Assembly: GCA_034112345.1 (NCBI GenBank)
Contig: JAWUVN010000036.1
Location: 2,792-66,791, forward strand
Source: Bermanella sp.
GTDB taxonomy: Bacteria; Pseudomonadota; Gammaproteobacteria; Pseudomonadales; Oceanobacteraceae
Direction of reading: 5' to 3'
Length of the DNA stretch: 64,000 nt
The notes beneath the pieces are model-generated. The model saw nothing but the letters and a program-made list of their open reading frames with translations. It was not told where the DNA came from and did no database searches. A program made the position numbers and the translations under genes. Positions 49,466-59,345 of this stretch are shown in pieces. Numbering within the stretch: position 1 is the first letter of the stretch; every line of letters starts with the position of its first letter.

Positions 49466-50635
49466 ATGAATAATGAGCATACAAAATTCATAAATTTTGA
49501 ACGGGATTTATATCAAACAAGCGATTATATACCATTGCATGCGCCTCAGTTTAATGGCAATGATATTGAATATGTAACTGACGCTATCAAAAGTACGTTT
49601 GTTTCAAGCGTAGGATCATATGTCGATGATTTTGAAGCTGAAATTCAAGAATATACTCAATCTAATGGTGCGGTTGCCATGGTCAATGGTACAGCTGCAT
49701 TGAATATATCATTACATATGGCAGGTGTTCAAAAGGATGATTTTGTCATTACACAGGCTTTAACCTTTGTAGCGACATGCAATGCTATAGCGCATATTGG
49801 CGCTTCTCCAATATTTTTAGATGTTTCAATGCAAAGTCTTAGTTTATGTCCAAATTCTCTTGAAGTATTTCTTCAGGAAAATGCGATTTTAGATGAGCTT
49901 GGTTGTCTTCATAAGTTAACTCAACGTCGTATTCGAGCTGTATTACCGATGCATACATTTGGGCACCCTGCAAAACTGGATGAAATCAATGATATTTGCA
50001 TAAAATGGAACTTGAAGTTAATAGAAGACGCCGCAGAAAGTTTAGGATCTAAATATAAAGGAAAGCATACTGGCACAATAGGCAACTTTTCCGCATAGAG
50101 TTTTAATGGAAATAAAATAATAACGACGGGTGGCGGCGGGATGGTTTTATGCCGTGATCCAAACGATGCTTATCGCATAAAGCACCTTAGTACTACGGCT
50201 AAGGTAGATCACCCTTATGAATTTTATCATGACGAGTTGGCATTTAATTACCGTATGCCAAATTTAAATGCAGCTTTAGGTTGTGCACAGCTGGAAGTGT
50301 TGCCTGCGTATCTCAAGATAAAACGAGTGTTAGCATCTACCTACCAGGAATATTTTAAAGATTCAGATTACCTCTTTGTAAGTGAACCAGAATATGCTGA
50401 GTCTAACTATTGGTTAAACGCGATAATATGTCCCGATAAAAAACTTCGAGATCAGTTTTTAGAAAGTACAAATTTATCGGGTGTTTCTACTAGACCTGTT
50501 TGGACGTTGATGCACCGTTTACCCATGTTTAAAGATTGTATTAGGGATGATCTGTCAGTATCAGAAAAATTAGAAAAAACGCTAGTCAACATACCCAGTT
50601 CACCAATCATAAAGTTGGATGATATCAATGGTTAA
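49466..50635 (+). pseudogene. legC: LegC-family aminotransferase interrupted by an in-frame TAG at 50096-50098
   Basis: Both ORF pieces are in the same frame; 'GNFSA*SFNGNKIITTGGGG' places the PLP lysine motif just after the stop; TAG is one substitution from TTG. Confidence 0.88.
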
Positions 50636-51782
50636 AGTAACCGTTTTTACAGGGACACGTGCCGAATATGGTTTATTATATTGGTTAATGAAAGATCTGA
50701 AGGCTGATCCTGAATGTGAATTAGATATTCTTATTTCAGGTTCTCATTTATCTCCTCAATTTGGTTATACAGTTAACCAAATTGAAGCAGATGGTTTTGA
50801 GGTAAGTGAGCGTGTTGAAATGCTGCTATCTTCCGATTCTGCTGTAGGCACTGCAAAAAGTATGGGTCTTGCTGTTATTGGGTACGCTGACTCGTTAATA
50901 AAATTAAATCCTGATGTGATTATTATTTTGGGGGATCGATATGAAGCACTTGCGGCAGCACAAACAGCTATGATTCTTCGTATCCCTATTGTACATCTGC
51001 ATGGCGGAGAGATTACTGAAGGGGCTTATGACGATTCTATACGGCATGCGATTACAAAGCTCAGCTATCTTCATGGAACGTCAAGCGAAGAACACCGTCA
51101 GAGAGTTATTCAACTTGGAGAATCTCCAGATCGAGTCAGTGTTGTAGGAGCGATGGGGTTGGAATATATCAATCGTACACCATTAATGACAAAAAAAGAT
51201 TTTTTAACGTCTATAAAATTTGATCTACATAAACCTTATTTTGTGGTGACATTTCATGCGGTGACATTGAGTGATAAATGTAACGTAGATGATTTTAAAT
51301 CATTGCTTAATGCGTTGGATTCTTACCCTAACTATCAGGTTATTTTTACTTATCCTAATGCTGATGCAGGCGGTATGAGTCTCATTCCTATACTAGAAAC
51401 GTATACGACCTTAAATTCAGAGAGGGTATATTCAATCACCTCTTTGGGCTTACATCGATATTTAAGCGCGGTGAAATATGCGGAAGCGGTTATTGGTAAC
51501 TCTTCAAGTGGCATTATCGAAGCGCCTAACTTAGAAACGCCGACTGTGAATATAGGTATTCGCCAAAAAGGGCGTTCAGCTGCGAAAAGTGTCATAAACT
51601 GTGAACCGATTACCACGAATATTATAAAGGCAGTTGATATAGCCATTAGTAAGGAGCGGAAAAATGATTTTTTTGAAAGCCCTTACGGTGACGGTGATGC
51701 AAGTTTAAAAGTCATAAAGATGGTTAAGTCTTGTAAATTTGAATCAAGTAAATGCTTTTATGATTTAAAGGGTACACGATAG
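50628..51782 (+). CDS. neuC: Hydrolysing NDP-sugar 2-epimerase (NeuC/LegG)
   Basis: 'TGTRAEYG', 'LGDRYE', 'HLHGGE', 'GNSSSGIIEAP', 'RQKGR'. Confidence 0.92.
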   Translation: MVKVTVFTGTRAEYGLLYWLMKDLKADPECELDILISGSHLSPQFGYTVNQIEADGFEVSERVEMLLSSDSAVGTAKSMGLAVIGYADSLIKLNPDVIIILGDRYEALAAAQTAMILRIPIVHLHGGEITEGAYDDSIRHAITKLSYLHGTSSEEHRQRVIQLGESPDRVSVVGAMGLEYINRTPLMTKKDFLTSIKFDLHKPYFVVTFHAVTLSDKCNVDDFKSLLNALDSYPNYQVIFTYPNADAGGMSLIPILETYTTLNSERVYSITSLGLHRYLSAVKYAEAVIGNSSSGIIEAPNLETPTVNIGIRQKGRSAAKSVINCEPITTNIIKAVDIAISKERKNDFFESPYGDGDASLKVIKMVKSCKFESSKCFYDLKGTR

Positions 51783-51783
51783 T

Positions 51784-52857
51784 ATGGCTATGATAATTGC
51801 AGAAGCGGGTGTAAATCATAATGGTGATGAGGCTCTGGCATTAAAATTAATTGATGTCGCATATCATGCTGGGGCTGATATTGTAAAATTCCAAACCTTT
51901 AAAGCCAATAATTTAGTGGTAAAATCCGCAATGCAGGCCGAGTATCAAATAAAAAATACTGAAAGAAAAGAGTCTCAATTTGAAATGTTGAGTCGATTAG
52001 AGCTAAGTTTTGAAAGTCACCATAAGCTAGTTGATTACTGCAATAAATTGGGTCTTGAGTTTTTATCAACGGCATTTGACTCTGAGAGTTTAGCGTTTTT
52101 AGTTGGTGAATTAGGATTAAATCGCTTGAAAATCCCTTCAGGGGAGATCACTAACGCCCCATTGGTGTTGGAACATGCGAGAACAGGGTGTGATTTAATC
52201 GTATCGACAGGTATGGCATCACTTTCAGAAGTCGAAATGGTTTTAGGCGTTATTGCTTTTGGCTATTTATACGACAGTCAGACGACGCCAAGTATTGAAT
52301 CTTTTGAACATGCCTTTGCATCAAGAGAAGGCCAAAAACTATTAAGCGAAAAAGTGACATTGCTACATTGCACTACCGAATACCCTGCGCCTTTTAACGA
52401 GATTAATCTTAGGGCTATGGATACTCTATCTTCAGCATTCAAGTTGCCTGTGGGTTATTCAGATCACAGTAAGGGCATTACTATTTCTATTGCCGCAGTT
52501 GCAAGAGGCGCGGTATTAATTGAAAAACATTTTACGCTAGATAATAAACTTCCGGGGCCAGACCATAAAGCATCTCTAGAACCTGATGAATTAACAGAAA
52601 TGATAAAAGCGATAAAGAACACGGAAAATGCACTTGGTAACGGTATTAAAGTCCCTCAAAAATCTGAAATTAAAAATAAAAATGTTGCGCGAAAAAGTAT
52701 CGTGGCAAACAGTAAAATTTTAAAAGGTGATACCTTTACCAAAGATAATATAACGATAAAACGACCTGGGTCAGGAATATCACCATTACAATATTGGGCA
52801 GTGATAGGGGAGGTGTCTAATAAGGCGTTTGAAGATGGGGATGAAATAAGTGTCTAA
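51784..52857 (+). CDS. neuB: Nonulosonic acid synthase (NeuB/LegI)
   Basis: 'IIAEAGVNHNG', 'KIPSGEITN', 'LHCTTEYPAP', 'GYSDH', 'EKHFTLD', C-terminal SAF domain. Confidence 0.94.
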   Translation: MAMIIAEAGVNHNGDEALALKLIDVAYHAGADIVKFQTFKANNLVVKSAMQAEYQIKNTERKESQFEMLSRLELSFESHHKLVDYCNKLGLEFLSTAFDSESLAFLVGELGLNRLKIPSGEITNAPLVLEHARTGCDLIVSTGMASLSEVEMVLGVIAFGYLYDSQTTPSIESFEHAFASREGQKLLSEKVTLLHCTTEYPAPFNEINLRAMDTLSSAFKLPVGYSDHSKGITISIAAVARGAVLIEKHFTLDNKLPGPDHKASLEPDELTEMIKAIKNTENALGNGIKVPQKSEIKNKNVARKSIVANSKILKGDTFTKDNITIKRPGSGISPLQYWAVIGEVSNKAFEDGDEISV

Positions 52858-53515
52858 GCCCGTCATTGTTATTGGCGGCGGCGGTCATGCCGGCGTGATT
52901 ATTAATATTCTTAAGAATGAAAAAAGAGAAGTACTGGCTTTTTCTTCTGTTAAGAAAGCACCCTGTCATACTGTGTTTAATAATATTCCTCAGTTAATGG
53001 ATGATAAGGATGTTCTTGAATTTAATCCTGCTGATGTACTTTTAATTAATGGAATAGGACCAAATCCATATAGCAACTTAAGGCAAGTTATTTTTGATAA
53101 ATTCAGTGACAATGGATATCAATTTGACAAGGTTATTTCATCATCGGCTTATGTTTCGTCATTTAGCTCATTAGGTCCGGGGGTTCAAATATTTCCTTGC
53201 GCCACTATTCAAACAGAGGTCGTACTGGCAGGACATGCGGTCATCAATACCGGTGCGATTATTGAACATAACTGTATTATTGGAGCCCGTTCTCATATTG
53301 CGCCTGGTGCCATTTTGTGTGGCCAAGTCAGTATCGGGAGCGATGTTTATATTGGGGCGGGCACTAAAATTATTCAAAATATTTCCATTGGCAGTGGTTC
53401 TATTATCGCAATGGGGGCTTCAGTGATACGCGATGTGCCGCCGAATAGTTTAGTTATTCCGGGTAAACCGATTGTTGAGATTGACCCCGTTGCAATATTG
53501 GAGCGAGAGCAATGA
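52850..53515 (+). CDS. NeuD/PglD-type hexapeptide acetyltransferase
   Basis: 'IGGGGHA', hexapeptide repeats 'INTGAIIEHNC.IG..SHIAPGA'. Confidence 0.9.
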   Translation: MSKPVIVIGGGGHAGVIINILKNEKREVLAFSSVKKAPCHTVFNNIPQLMDDKDVLEFNPADVLLINGIGPNPYSNLRQVIFDKFSDNGYQFDKVISSSAYVSSFSSLGPGVQIFPCATIQTEVVLAGHAVINTGAIIEHNCIIGARSHIAPGAILCGQVSIGSDVYIGAGTKIIQNISIGSGSIIAMGASVIRDVPPNSLVIPGKPIVEIDPVAILEREQ

Positions 53516-54480
53516 ATTTAGCGGTAGTAGGAATGGGCAGTATTTCTGTAAGACACCGTAAAAATTTAAGACAGCTATATCCTAAGGCAAATATAGTCGC
53601 GATGCCTTCTCGTAATCGAGTGGTCGATATAGCGACAGTAGAGAACGCCGATGCAGTGGTTAATAATATAAACGAACTCATATCACTTTCACCCGACATG
53701 GTGATTTTAGCGTCTCCAGCCAATCTGCATGTTGAGCAAGCAATTAGGTTGGTTGAAAGTGGTATACCTGTATTGATCGAAAAACCTATTGGCTTAAACC
53801 TGGAACAGGTTAAAGCACTTGAGTCTAAGCTTACCCAGTACCCTGTTCCGGTTAATGTTGCTTACTGCCTTCGGTTTATGCCTTCGCTAGAGGCTGTCAA
53901 GCAAGCATTAGATCAACATAAATTAGGAAATATTTTAAATATTCATGTTGAAGTAGGGCAATTTCTGCCTGATTGGCGATCGGATAAAGATTACACAAAA
54001 TCGGTATCATCAAATCTAACTTTAGGTGGAGGTGCGTTATTTGAACTGAGTCATGAGTTCGATTATTTACACTTTCTATTTGGAAACCTGAATCATCAAT
54101 ACAGCTATTTAAGGTGTTCTGGTGAATTAAAAATCGAAGTGGAGGATTTAGCCGATGTTATGTTAACCACAAAAAATGGAGCTCTGTGTTATGTTCACTT
54201 GGATTTTTTGCAAAAATCAGTGAAAAGGTTTTGTACTATTATCGGTTCGGAAGGGCGCTTAGAATGGGACTTGATAGAAAACAAAGTAAGTGTATTTTCT
54301 AAAGATAGAAAAACCATTTTATATTCCGATAAAAATTGGGATAAAAATAAAATGTATATATCCATGATCAATGATTTTATGAAAAACGGCGGACGTGCTT
54401 GCTCTCTACTTGAGGCAAAGTCGACATTGCAACTGTTACTTGAAATCAAAGCAAGTTCCAAATTGGTTTCAGTTTTATGA
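53512..54480 (+). CDS. Gfo/Idh/MocA oxidoreductase (PtmF/ElaA-like)
   Basis: 'VVGMGSI', 'IEKP', 'GQFLPDWR', 'GGGALFELSHE'. Confidence 0.88.
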   Translation: MNLAVVGMGSISVRHRKNLRQLYPKANIVAMPSRNRVVDIATVENADAVVNNINELISLSPDMVILASPANLHVEQAIRLVESGIPVLIEKPIGLNLEQVKALESKLTQYPVPVNVAYCLRFMPSLEAVKQALDQHKLGNILNIHVEVGQFLPDWRSDKDYTKSVSSNLTLGGGALFELSHEFDYLHFLFGNLNHQYSYLRCSGELKIEVEDLADVMLTTKNGALCYVHLDFLQKSVKRFCTIIGSEGRLEWDLIENKVSVFSKDRKTILYSDKNWDKNKMYISMINDFMKNGGRACSLLEAKSTLQLLLEIKASSKLVSVL

Positions 54481-55175
54481 AGGTGTATGCATTTATATTT
54501 GCAAGGGGTGGCTCTAAAGGCTTACCTAGAAAAAATATTAAGCTTCTTGCAGGTAAGCCCTTGATAGCCTATGCAATAGAGTCTGCATTAGCGAGCCCAT
54601 CTATCGATAATGTATTTGTATCCACAGATGATCGAGAAATTGAGCGAGTAGCTGTACAGTACGGTGCAGAAGTGATTATACGCCCCAAAGAGCTGGCCAC
54701 AGATCAATCACCAGAATGGTTGTCTTGGCAGCATGCTATTAATTGGGTTGTGGCGAAATTTGGTGAATTTGATTGTTTTTTAAGTTTGCCTGCGACCAGT
54801 CCATTACGAGCTGTATGTGATATAGAGAATGCGGTAACGATATTATCGAATGGTGGCATTGATGTTTGTATTTCGATTACAAACTCAAGCCGTAGTCCTT
54901 ATTTTAATATGGTTACAGAAGATAAAGATGGTTCGTATGCAATATGTCTGAGTAATAAAGACCGTATTACAAGGCGTCAAGATTCGCCCGAAGTTTACGA
55001 TATAACGACGGTTGTATATGCCGCTAAACCTCAATTTATATTGAATCATGAAGGTATTTTTTCGGGGAGAGTAGGTGCCGTTAAAATACCTAAATATCGG
55101 GCTGTGGATATTGATGATATTTATGATTTTCATTTCGCAGAAACACTATTAGGTTTAAAAGATGAAACTGAATAA
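54477..55175 (+). CDS. neuA: CMP-nonulosonate synthetase (NeuA/LegF/PtmB)
   Basis: 'ARGGSKGLPRKN', 'VSTDD', 'TSPLR', 'RRQD', 'DIDD'. Confidence 0.92.
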   Translation: MKVYAFIFARGGSKGLPRKNIKLLAGKPLIAYAIESALASPSIDNVFVSTDDREIERVAVQYGAEVIIRPKELATDQSPEWLSWQHAINWVVAKFGEFDCFLSLPATSPLRAVCDIENAVTILSNGGIDVCISITNSSRSPYFNMVTEDKDGSYAICLSNKDRITRRQDSPEVYDITTVVYAAKPQFILNHEGIFSGRVGAVKIPKYRAVDIDDIYDFHFAETLLGLKDETE

Positions 55176-55914
55176 TAAAAAGATACTGGTCGTTGGTGCC
55201 GGCGGTTTATTGGGTTCAGAAATTGTCGCTTCTGCATTAACATCTGGCGCTGAAGTAGTTGCAGCCGATATAAGCTTAACGTCCTTAGAATCTAAATTAA
55301 GCAGTTATGATAAAACTAATCTTAGCATGATCGAACTAGACATAAATAATCCAGGTTCTATGTTTGATTTTTTTAATACTGAGAAACATCTATCAGGAGT
55401 TGTTAATTCAGCTTACCCAAGAAACTCAGGTTATGGAATTGATTTTTTAGACGTTACATTAGATAGCTTCAATGAAAATATAGCATTGAACATAGGAGGC
55501 GCATTTTTATTAGCTCAACAATGTGCTAAATATTTTAAACGTCATAAAGAGTCATTTTCGCTAATTAATATTTCATCTATTTATGGTGTTGTAGCACCTA
55601 ATTTTGAAATATACAAAAATACTGGAATGACAATGCCAGTAGAGTATGCAGCGATTAAATCGTCTATCCTTCACTTAAATAAATATGTCTCATCGTATAT
55701 CCAAGACAGTAAATTTAGAGTGAACAGTGTTAGCCCTGGAGGCATTCTAGATGGCCAACCTAGTGAATTTTTAACAGCATATAAAAACAATACCCGTGGA
55801 AAAGGTATGCTGGATTGTGCGGATATAATGGGGTCGATTATTTTTTTACTGTCAGATCAGAGTCAGTACATCACTGGGCAAAATATTATTATCGATGATG
55901 GTTTTACTCTTTAG
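55162..55914 (+). CDS. SDR oxidoreductase (PtmA/ElaC-like)
   Basis: 'GAGGLLG', 'AYPRN', 'SSIYG', YAAIK catalytic motif, 'SPGGI'. Confidence 0.88.
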   Translation: MKLNNKKILVVGAGGLLGSEIVASALTSGAEVVAADISLTSLESKLSSYDKTNLSMIELDINNPGSMFDFFNTEKHLSGVVNSAYPRNSGYGIDFLDVTLDSFNENIALNIGGAFLLAQQCAKYFKRHKESFSLINISSIYGVVAPNFEIYKNTGMTMPVEYAAIKSSILHLNKYVSSYIQDSKFRVNSVSPGGILDGQPSEFLTAYKNNTRGKGMLDCADIMGSIIFLLSDQSQYITGQNIIIDDGFTL

Positions 55915-55919
55915 TGATA

Positions 55920-56978
55920 TTAAGCGATTGATTTAAATTTAAGAATGTCGCTTTGAGCTTGCTTAAAATCATCCATTTTTCCGATGTCTAACCAATATTC
56001 ATGTATAGGAAACATAGAAACGTTTCTATTTACATTAAATTGTCTTTCTATTAAATCTGGCATGTCTAAGGGTTTATTAACATCAATTTCCTTGAGAACA
56101 CACGGTGAAATACAGTAAATACCGGCATTAATAAAATAGGTTTTTTTAGGCTTTTCAGTGATTTTCGTGATTAAATTTCCGGTGTGTTCTATAACGCCAT
56201 AGGGAACTTGTACTTCATAATCTCTTACGGCCATGCTGATATCCGCTGTATTCTCGATATTGTAATCTAAAAATTCATCAAACTTAACTTGTGTTAATAA
56301 GTCACCATTCATCATTATGATTGGCTGCATTATTGCCTTATTAGGTAGTAATGCCAGGGCGCCGGCAGTCCCTAAAGGAAAGTCTTCACGTATATAGTGA
56401 ATATTTATACCAAACTGGCTACCATCACCAAAATAGTTTTCTATTTGTTCATTCAAATAATGGGTTGAGATATAGAAATTATGAAAACCTGAGTTTATGA
56501 ACTTTTCAATAATATTCTCAAGAATTGGTTTTTCACCGACTAATAACATAGGCTTTGGACAATTATTAGTTAGAGGTTTTAATCGCTTTCCAAACCCGCC
56601 GGCCATGATAAAGACTGTATTATCTCTTTTTTCTGTTCCTTTTTTTATACCCATTAAATCAACAACGTGTTGTTGTTGATCTAGTTTAGGAACGGCAGGT
56701 ATACCGAATAGTCTTTTTAATTGAGTTGCTTTTATTTCTGAATCGCCTTCTACCAGAAATTTTGGTGAGCAATTCATGACATTTGATAGCGGGGTATTTA
56801 TGGCTAAATGCTTTAGAAGTGCACGACGAATATCACCATCAGTTACTGTACCCAATAAAGTATGATCTTTTGACACAATAACGATTAATTTTACATCAAC
56901 TTTATCAAGGCACTCAATTGCGTCTTGAATGCTATTGTCAGGAGATAGAAAATATTTATTTAACTGAGGATTAAACAT
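55920..56978 (-). CDS. CBS-domain nucleotidyltransferase (PtmE/LegX-like)
   Basis: N-terminal CBS pair 'GTVTDGDIRR', 'MAGGFGKRL.PLT..PKPML', 'PLGTAGAL', 'WLDIG'. Confidence 0.9.
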   Translation of the reverse strand: MFNPQLNKYFLSPDNSIQDAIECLDKVDVKLIVIVSKDHTLLGTVTDGDIRRALLKHLAINTPLSNVMNCSPKFLVEGDSEIKATQLKRLFGIPAVPKLDQQQHVVDLMGIKKGTEKRDNTVFIMAGGFGKRLKPLTNNCPKPMLLVGEKPILENIIEKFINSGFHNFYISTHYLNEQIENYFGDGSQFGINIHYIREDFPLGTAGALALLPNKAIMQPIIMMNGDLLTQVKFDEFLDYNIENTADISMAVRDYEVQVPYGVIEHTGNLITKITEKPKKTYFINAGIYCISPCVLKEIDVNKPLDMPDLIERQFNVNRNVSMFPIHEYWLDIGKMDDFKQAQSDILKFKSIA

Positions 56979-57030
56979 CGTTGTCTACCTATTATTAGTA
57001 TTAGGCGTAATACACAATTACTAATTAAGT

Positions 57031-57057
57031 TTATCGGTAATGCATGGATAAACTTTA
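57031..57057 (-). promoter_or_regulatory. Sigma28 promoter upstream of the nucleotidyltransferase
   Basis: TAAAGTTT..N..ACCGATAA with 15-bp spacer on the minus strand. Confidence 0.75.
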
Positions 57058-57109
57058 GTTGATATTCTAATAAGTTATATGCACAGCGTTACTTATGAGC
57101 TTCGTATGC

Positions 57110-59203
57110 TTATTCTTTTATTGTCTTTTTTAATTGAGGGTCGTCCTCAATCAAGCCTCTTTCCTTGGTTAGAACTAGCATAAGGTCATCTGGTAATTTC
57201 TGAAGAAAGTCGATAAAGCGATCTCGCCATATTTTAATAACTTGCTCTTGTTTGTCGGGTTGGCATGCATAGACGATCGAATAGCCTGTTATCATGTAAT
57301 GCCATAGCGTGCCTCTAATAAAGTAGGTGAGACTGCCATGGTCTTTATTGAAAGTTGTACTGGTATAATTTGAAATAGACCAGCACATGGCTGAGAGGCT
57401 GCTGCTATCTATTTTCATGCCTCTTAAGTTCTTAATAAGTAATAAGCAAAGGTTACTGATAATAGGGTGCAATTCAGATTGTAATTTTTTAGCGGTTTTT
57501 ATGTTGGTGGGTCTGCAAAAATCAGAAAAAATCATTTTATTTTTTTGGTGAATTGCTTCAATATTTATTATTTCGTGCTCATCGATATGTTTCGTTTTCT
57601 CGATTATTAAGCCATTTGAGCAGTTGTATATGTTAAACTTATACTTGAGTTCATTGGACTTTATGCCCATATCTATTCGTCGTTTTGTTACAAAGTATAG
57701 ATTTGTAGTTAAGCAGTCTCCAAAATACCCTTTTTCTTTGAAGTTGTTTTTCATGTTGTTAATATTGGCTTCTTTCAGTTTTTTATCATCTTCTGAATTC
57801 TTATCTTCGTCATTATATATGGCATGTTTACTGTGATGATTGTTCTCATCATAAAACCCAAAATCGGTTCCGAATAAAAATATTTCACTGGCCTGGTATT
57901 GAAAAGCGAATGAAAGTGCTGCATTCACACAGGTGGGAGTGGGCTCTATTAGTTTGTTAGGTATGTCTTCTATTAAATCGCCAATTGGCAATGAATCTTT
58001 AATAAAGGCATAACTCTCTTTGAATAAGCTAATTATATAGGGGGAACACTGGATAGCGCATATTAAGGTTATCTCGTTTAATACATTGTCTTTATTGGCT
58101 GATTTTAATGCATTGTAAACAGCGTAATCTGATTCTATTTCTATGTGAAAGTCGGGTTTTATGCCATTACGCAATAGCACTTGAAGTGACGTTCCAGCTG
58201 TTAAAAGTATGCATTTATCTCTGATTCTTTTTAATTGATCCATTCTTGAATCGAGCGATGGCCCACTACCACAAATAAAAACGGGTTTATCCCATTTGAA
58301 TTTACTTTTACTCGGAATAAGTTTTATTTTATTGTTTATGTTGTGCAGTATGTGATTTAGTTGGTTCACCTCATCATCGTAAAATCCCCATAAGCTTACA
58401 AACATTTTTATATCGCTTATGGTTTTTCTTATGATGTCACCATATTTCCCATGTCTACCGTGGTTGTAATAAACAGTATTGTAAGGGAAATGTGGTGCTC
58501 TTTTTACAAGCTCATTCCAAAGACTTCCTTGTTCATTTTCCATGTTCTGATTGTTCAGCAATAGAAATGTGATGGATTTATTATGTTTGGGTGCTTGGAT
58601 CTCATAGATGTATTCCCAGTCTGTAAAAAAACAGCTTAGCGCCAACAATTCAAAATCTGATTCCATTATTAATAAGTTTTGAATATCTGTTTTTTCTAGT
58701 AGTTCTGTTATATGTAAACCCAGTCCAATCCCCATTAAAATTAAAAAATCATATCTTTCACCTTGATGTATGACATTAGGGTAAACGGTTTCAGCGCTCT
58801 TATATAATTCTATAGCTGTTTCATTCAAATGTTTGTGGAAGAATCTTGGCGCACTGTATGCTCCAGGAGCCACGGCTGAAATATTAGTGGTTCGTTTATC
58901 ACTTTGGTATATATTCTTGAATTCTGCTACCTCTACTTCTGCATATTTAATGGCATCGCCATTGTAGATAGAGGTATTTTTATAATGTAGATCAATCTTG
59001 CCATCATCAGATACGGTGATTTTACTGTGATCTGGTTTGATTGAACTGATCACTTTAAAGATACTGGGATTTTGTGTTTTGAAAAAATTTAGATTCTTCA
59101 AATATTGGTCTTCAAGTATCTTTGGAATTTTTTTCATACTGACACTATTCTGATTAATTAATTGCAGTGACCTAGATAAAGCAATTTTCTTGCCAGATAT
59201 CAT
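57110..59203 (-). CDS. maf: Motility-associated factor (Maf) flagellin glycosyltransferase
   Basis: 'GIGLGLH', 'WGFYDDE', 'ICGSGPSLD', 'GIKPDFHIEIE', 'PTCVN', 'LFGTDFG'; adjacent to fliC; real start may be 59137 (MKKIPK). Confidence 0.85.
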   Translation of the reverse strand: MISGKKIALSRSLQLINQNSVSMKKIPKILEDQYLKNLNFFKTQNPSIFKVISSIKPDHSKITVSDDGKIDLHYKNTSIYNGDAIKYAEVEVAEFKNIYQSDKRTTNISAVAPGAYSAPRFFHKHLNETAIELYKSAETVYPNVIHQGERYDFLILMGIGLGLHITELLEKTDIQNLLIMESDFELLALSCFFTDWEYIYEIQAPKHNKSITFLLLNNQNMENEQGSLWNELVKRAPHFPYNTVYYNHGRHGKYGDIIRKTISDIKMFVSLWGFYDDEVNQLNHILHNINNKIKLIPSKSKFKWDKPVFICGSGPSLDSRMDQLKRIRDKCILLTAGTSLQVLLRNGIKPDFHIEIESDYAVYNALKSANKDNVLNEITLICAIQCSPYIISLFKESYAFIKDSLPIGDLIEDIPNKLIEPTPTCVNAALSFAFQYQASEIFLFGTDFGFYDENNHHSKHAIYNDEDKNSEDDKKLKEANINNMKNNFKEKGYFGDCLTTNLYFVTKRRIDMGIKSNELKYKFNIYNCSNGLIIEKTKHIDEHEIINIEAIHQKNKMIFSDFCRPTNIKTAKKLQSELHPIISNLCLLLIKNLRGMKIDSSSLSAMCWSISNYTSTTFNKDHGSLTYFIRGTLWHYMITGYSIVYACQPDKQEQVIKIWRDRFIDFLQKLPDDLMLVLTKERGLIEDDPQLKKTIKE

Positions 59204-59253
59204 GAGGTATATAAATCGATTTTAGTATTCCATTATTGTATATAAAATATTTC

Positions 59254-59280
59254 TTAAGGTTTTCCTCTGTGTGCCGTTAA
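59254..59280 (+). promoter_or_regulatory. Sigma28 promoter of flagellin
   Basis: TTAAGGTT..N..GCCGTTAA about 65 bp upstream of the ATG. Confidence 0.7.
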
Positions 59281-59345
59281 CTCTCTTGTAAGTAAATTTC
59301 AGCCTCAAATAAGGCTGCATTAGATTAAGTGAGTGGAGAGCCAAT

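Noticed and set aside
50096-50098. Amber recoding (pyrrolysine or alternative code) in legC
   Set aside because: TAG terminates several conserved genes at their expected ends in this window, no pyl genes are present, and the position is normally a plain hydrophobic residue
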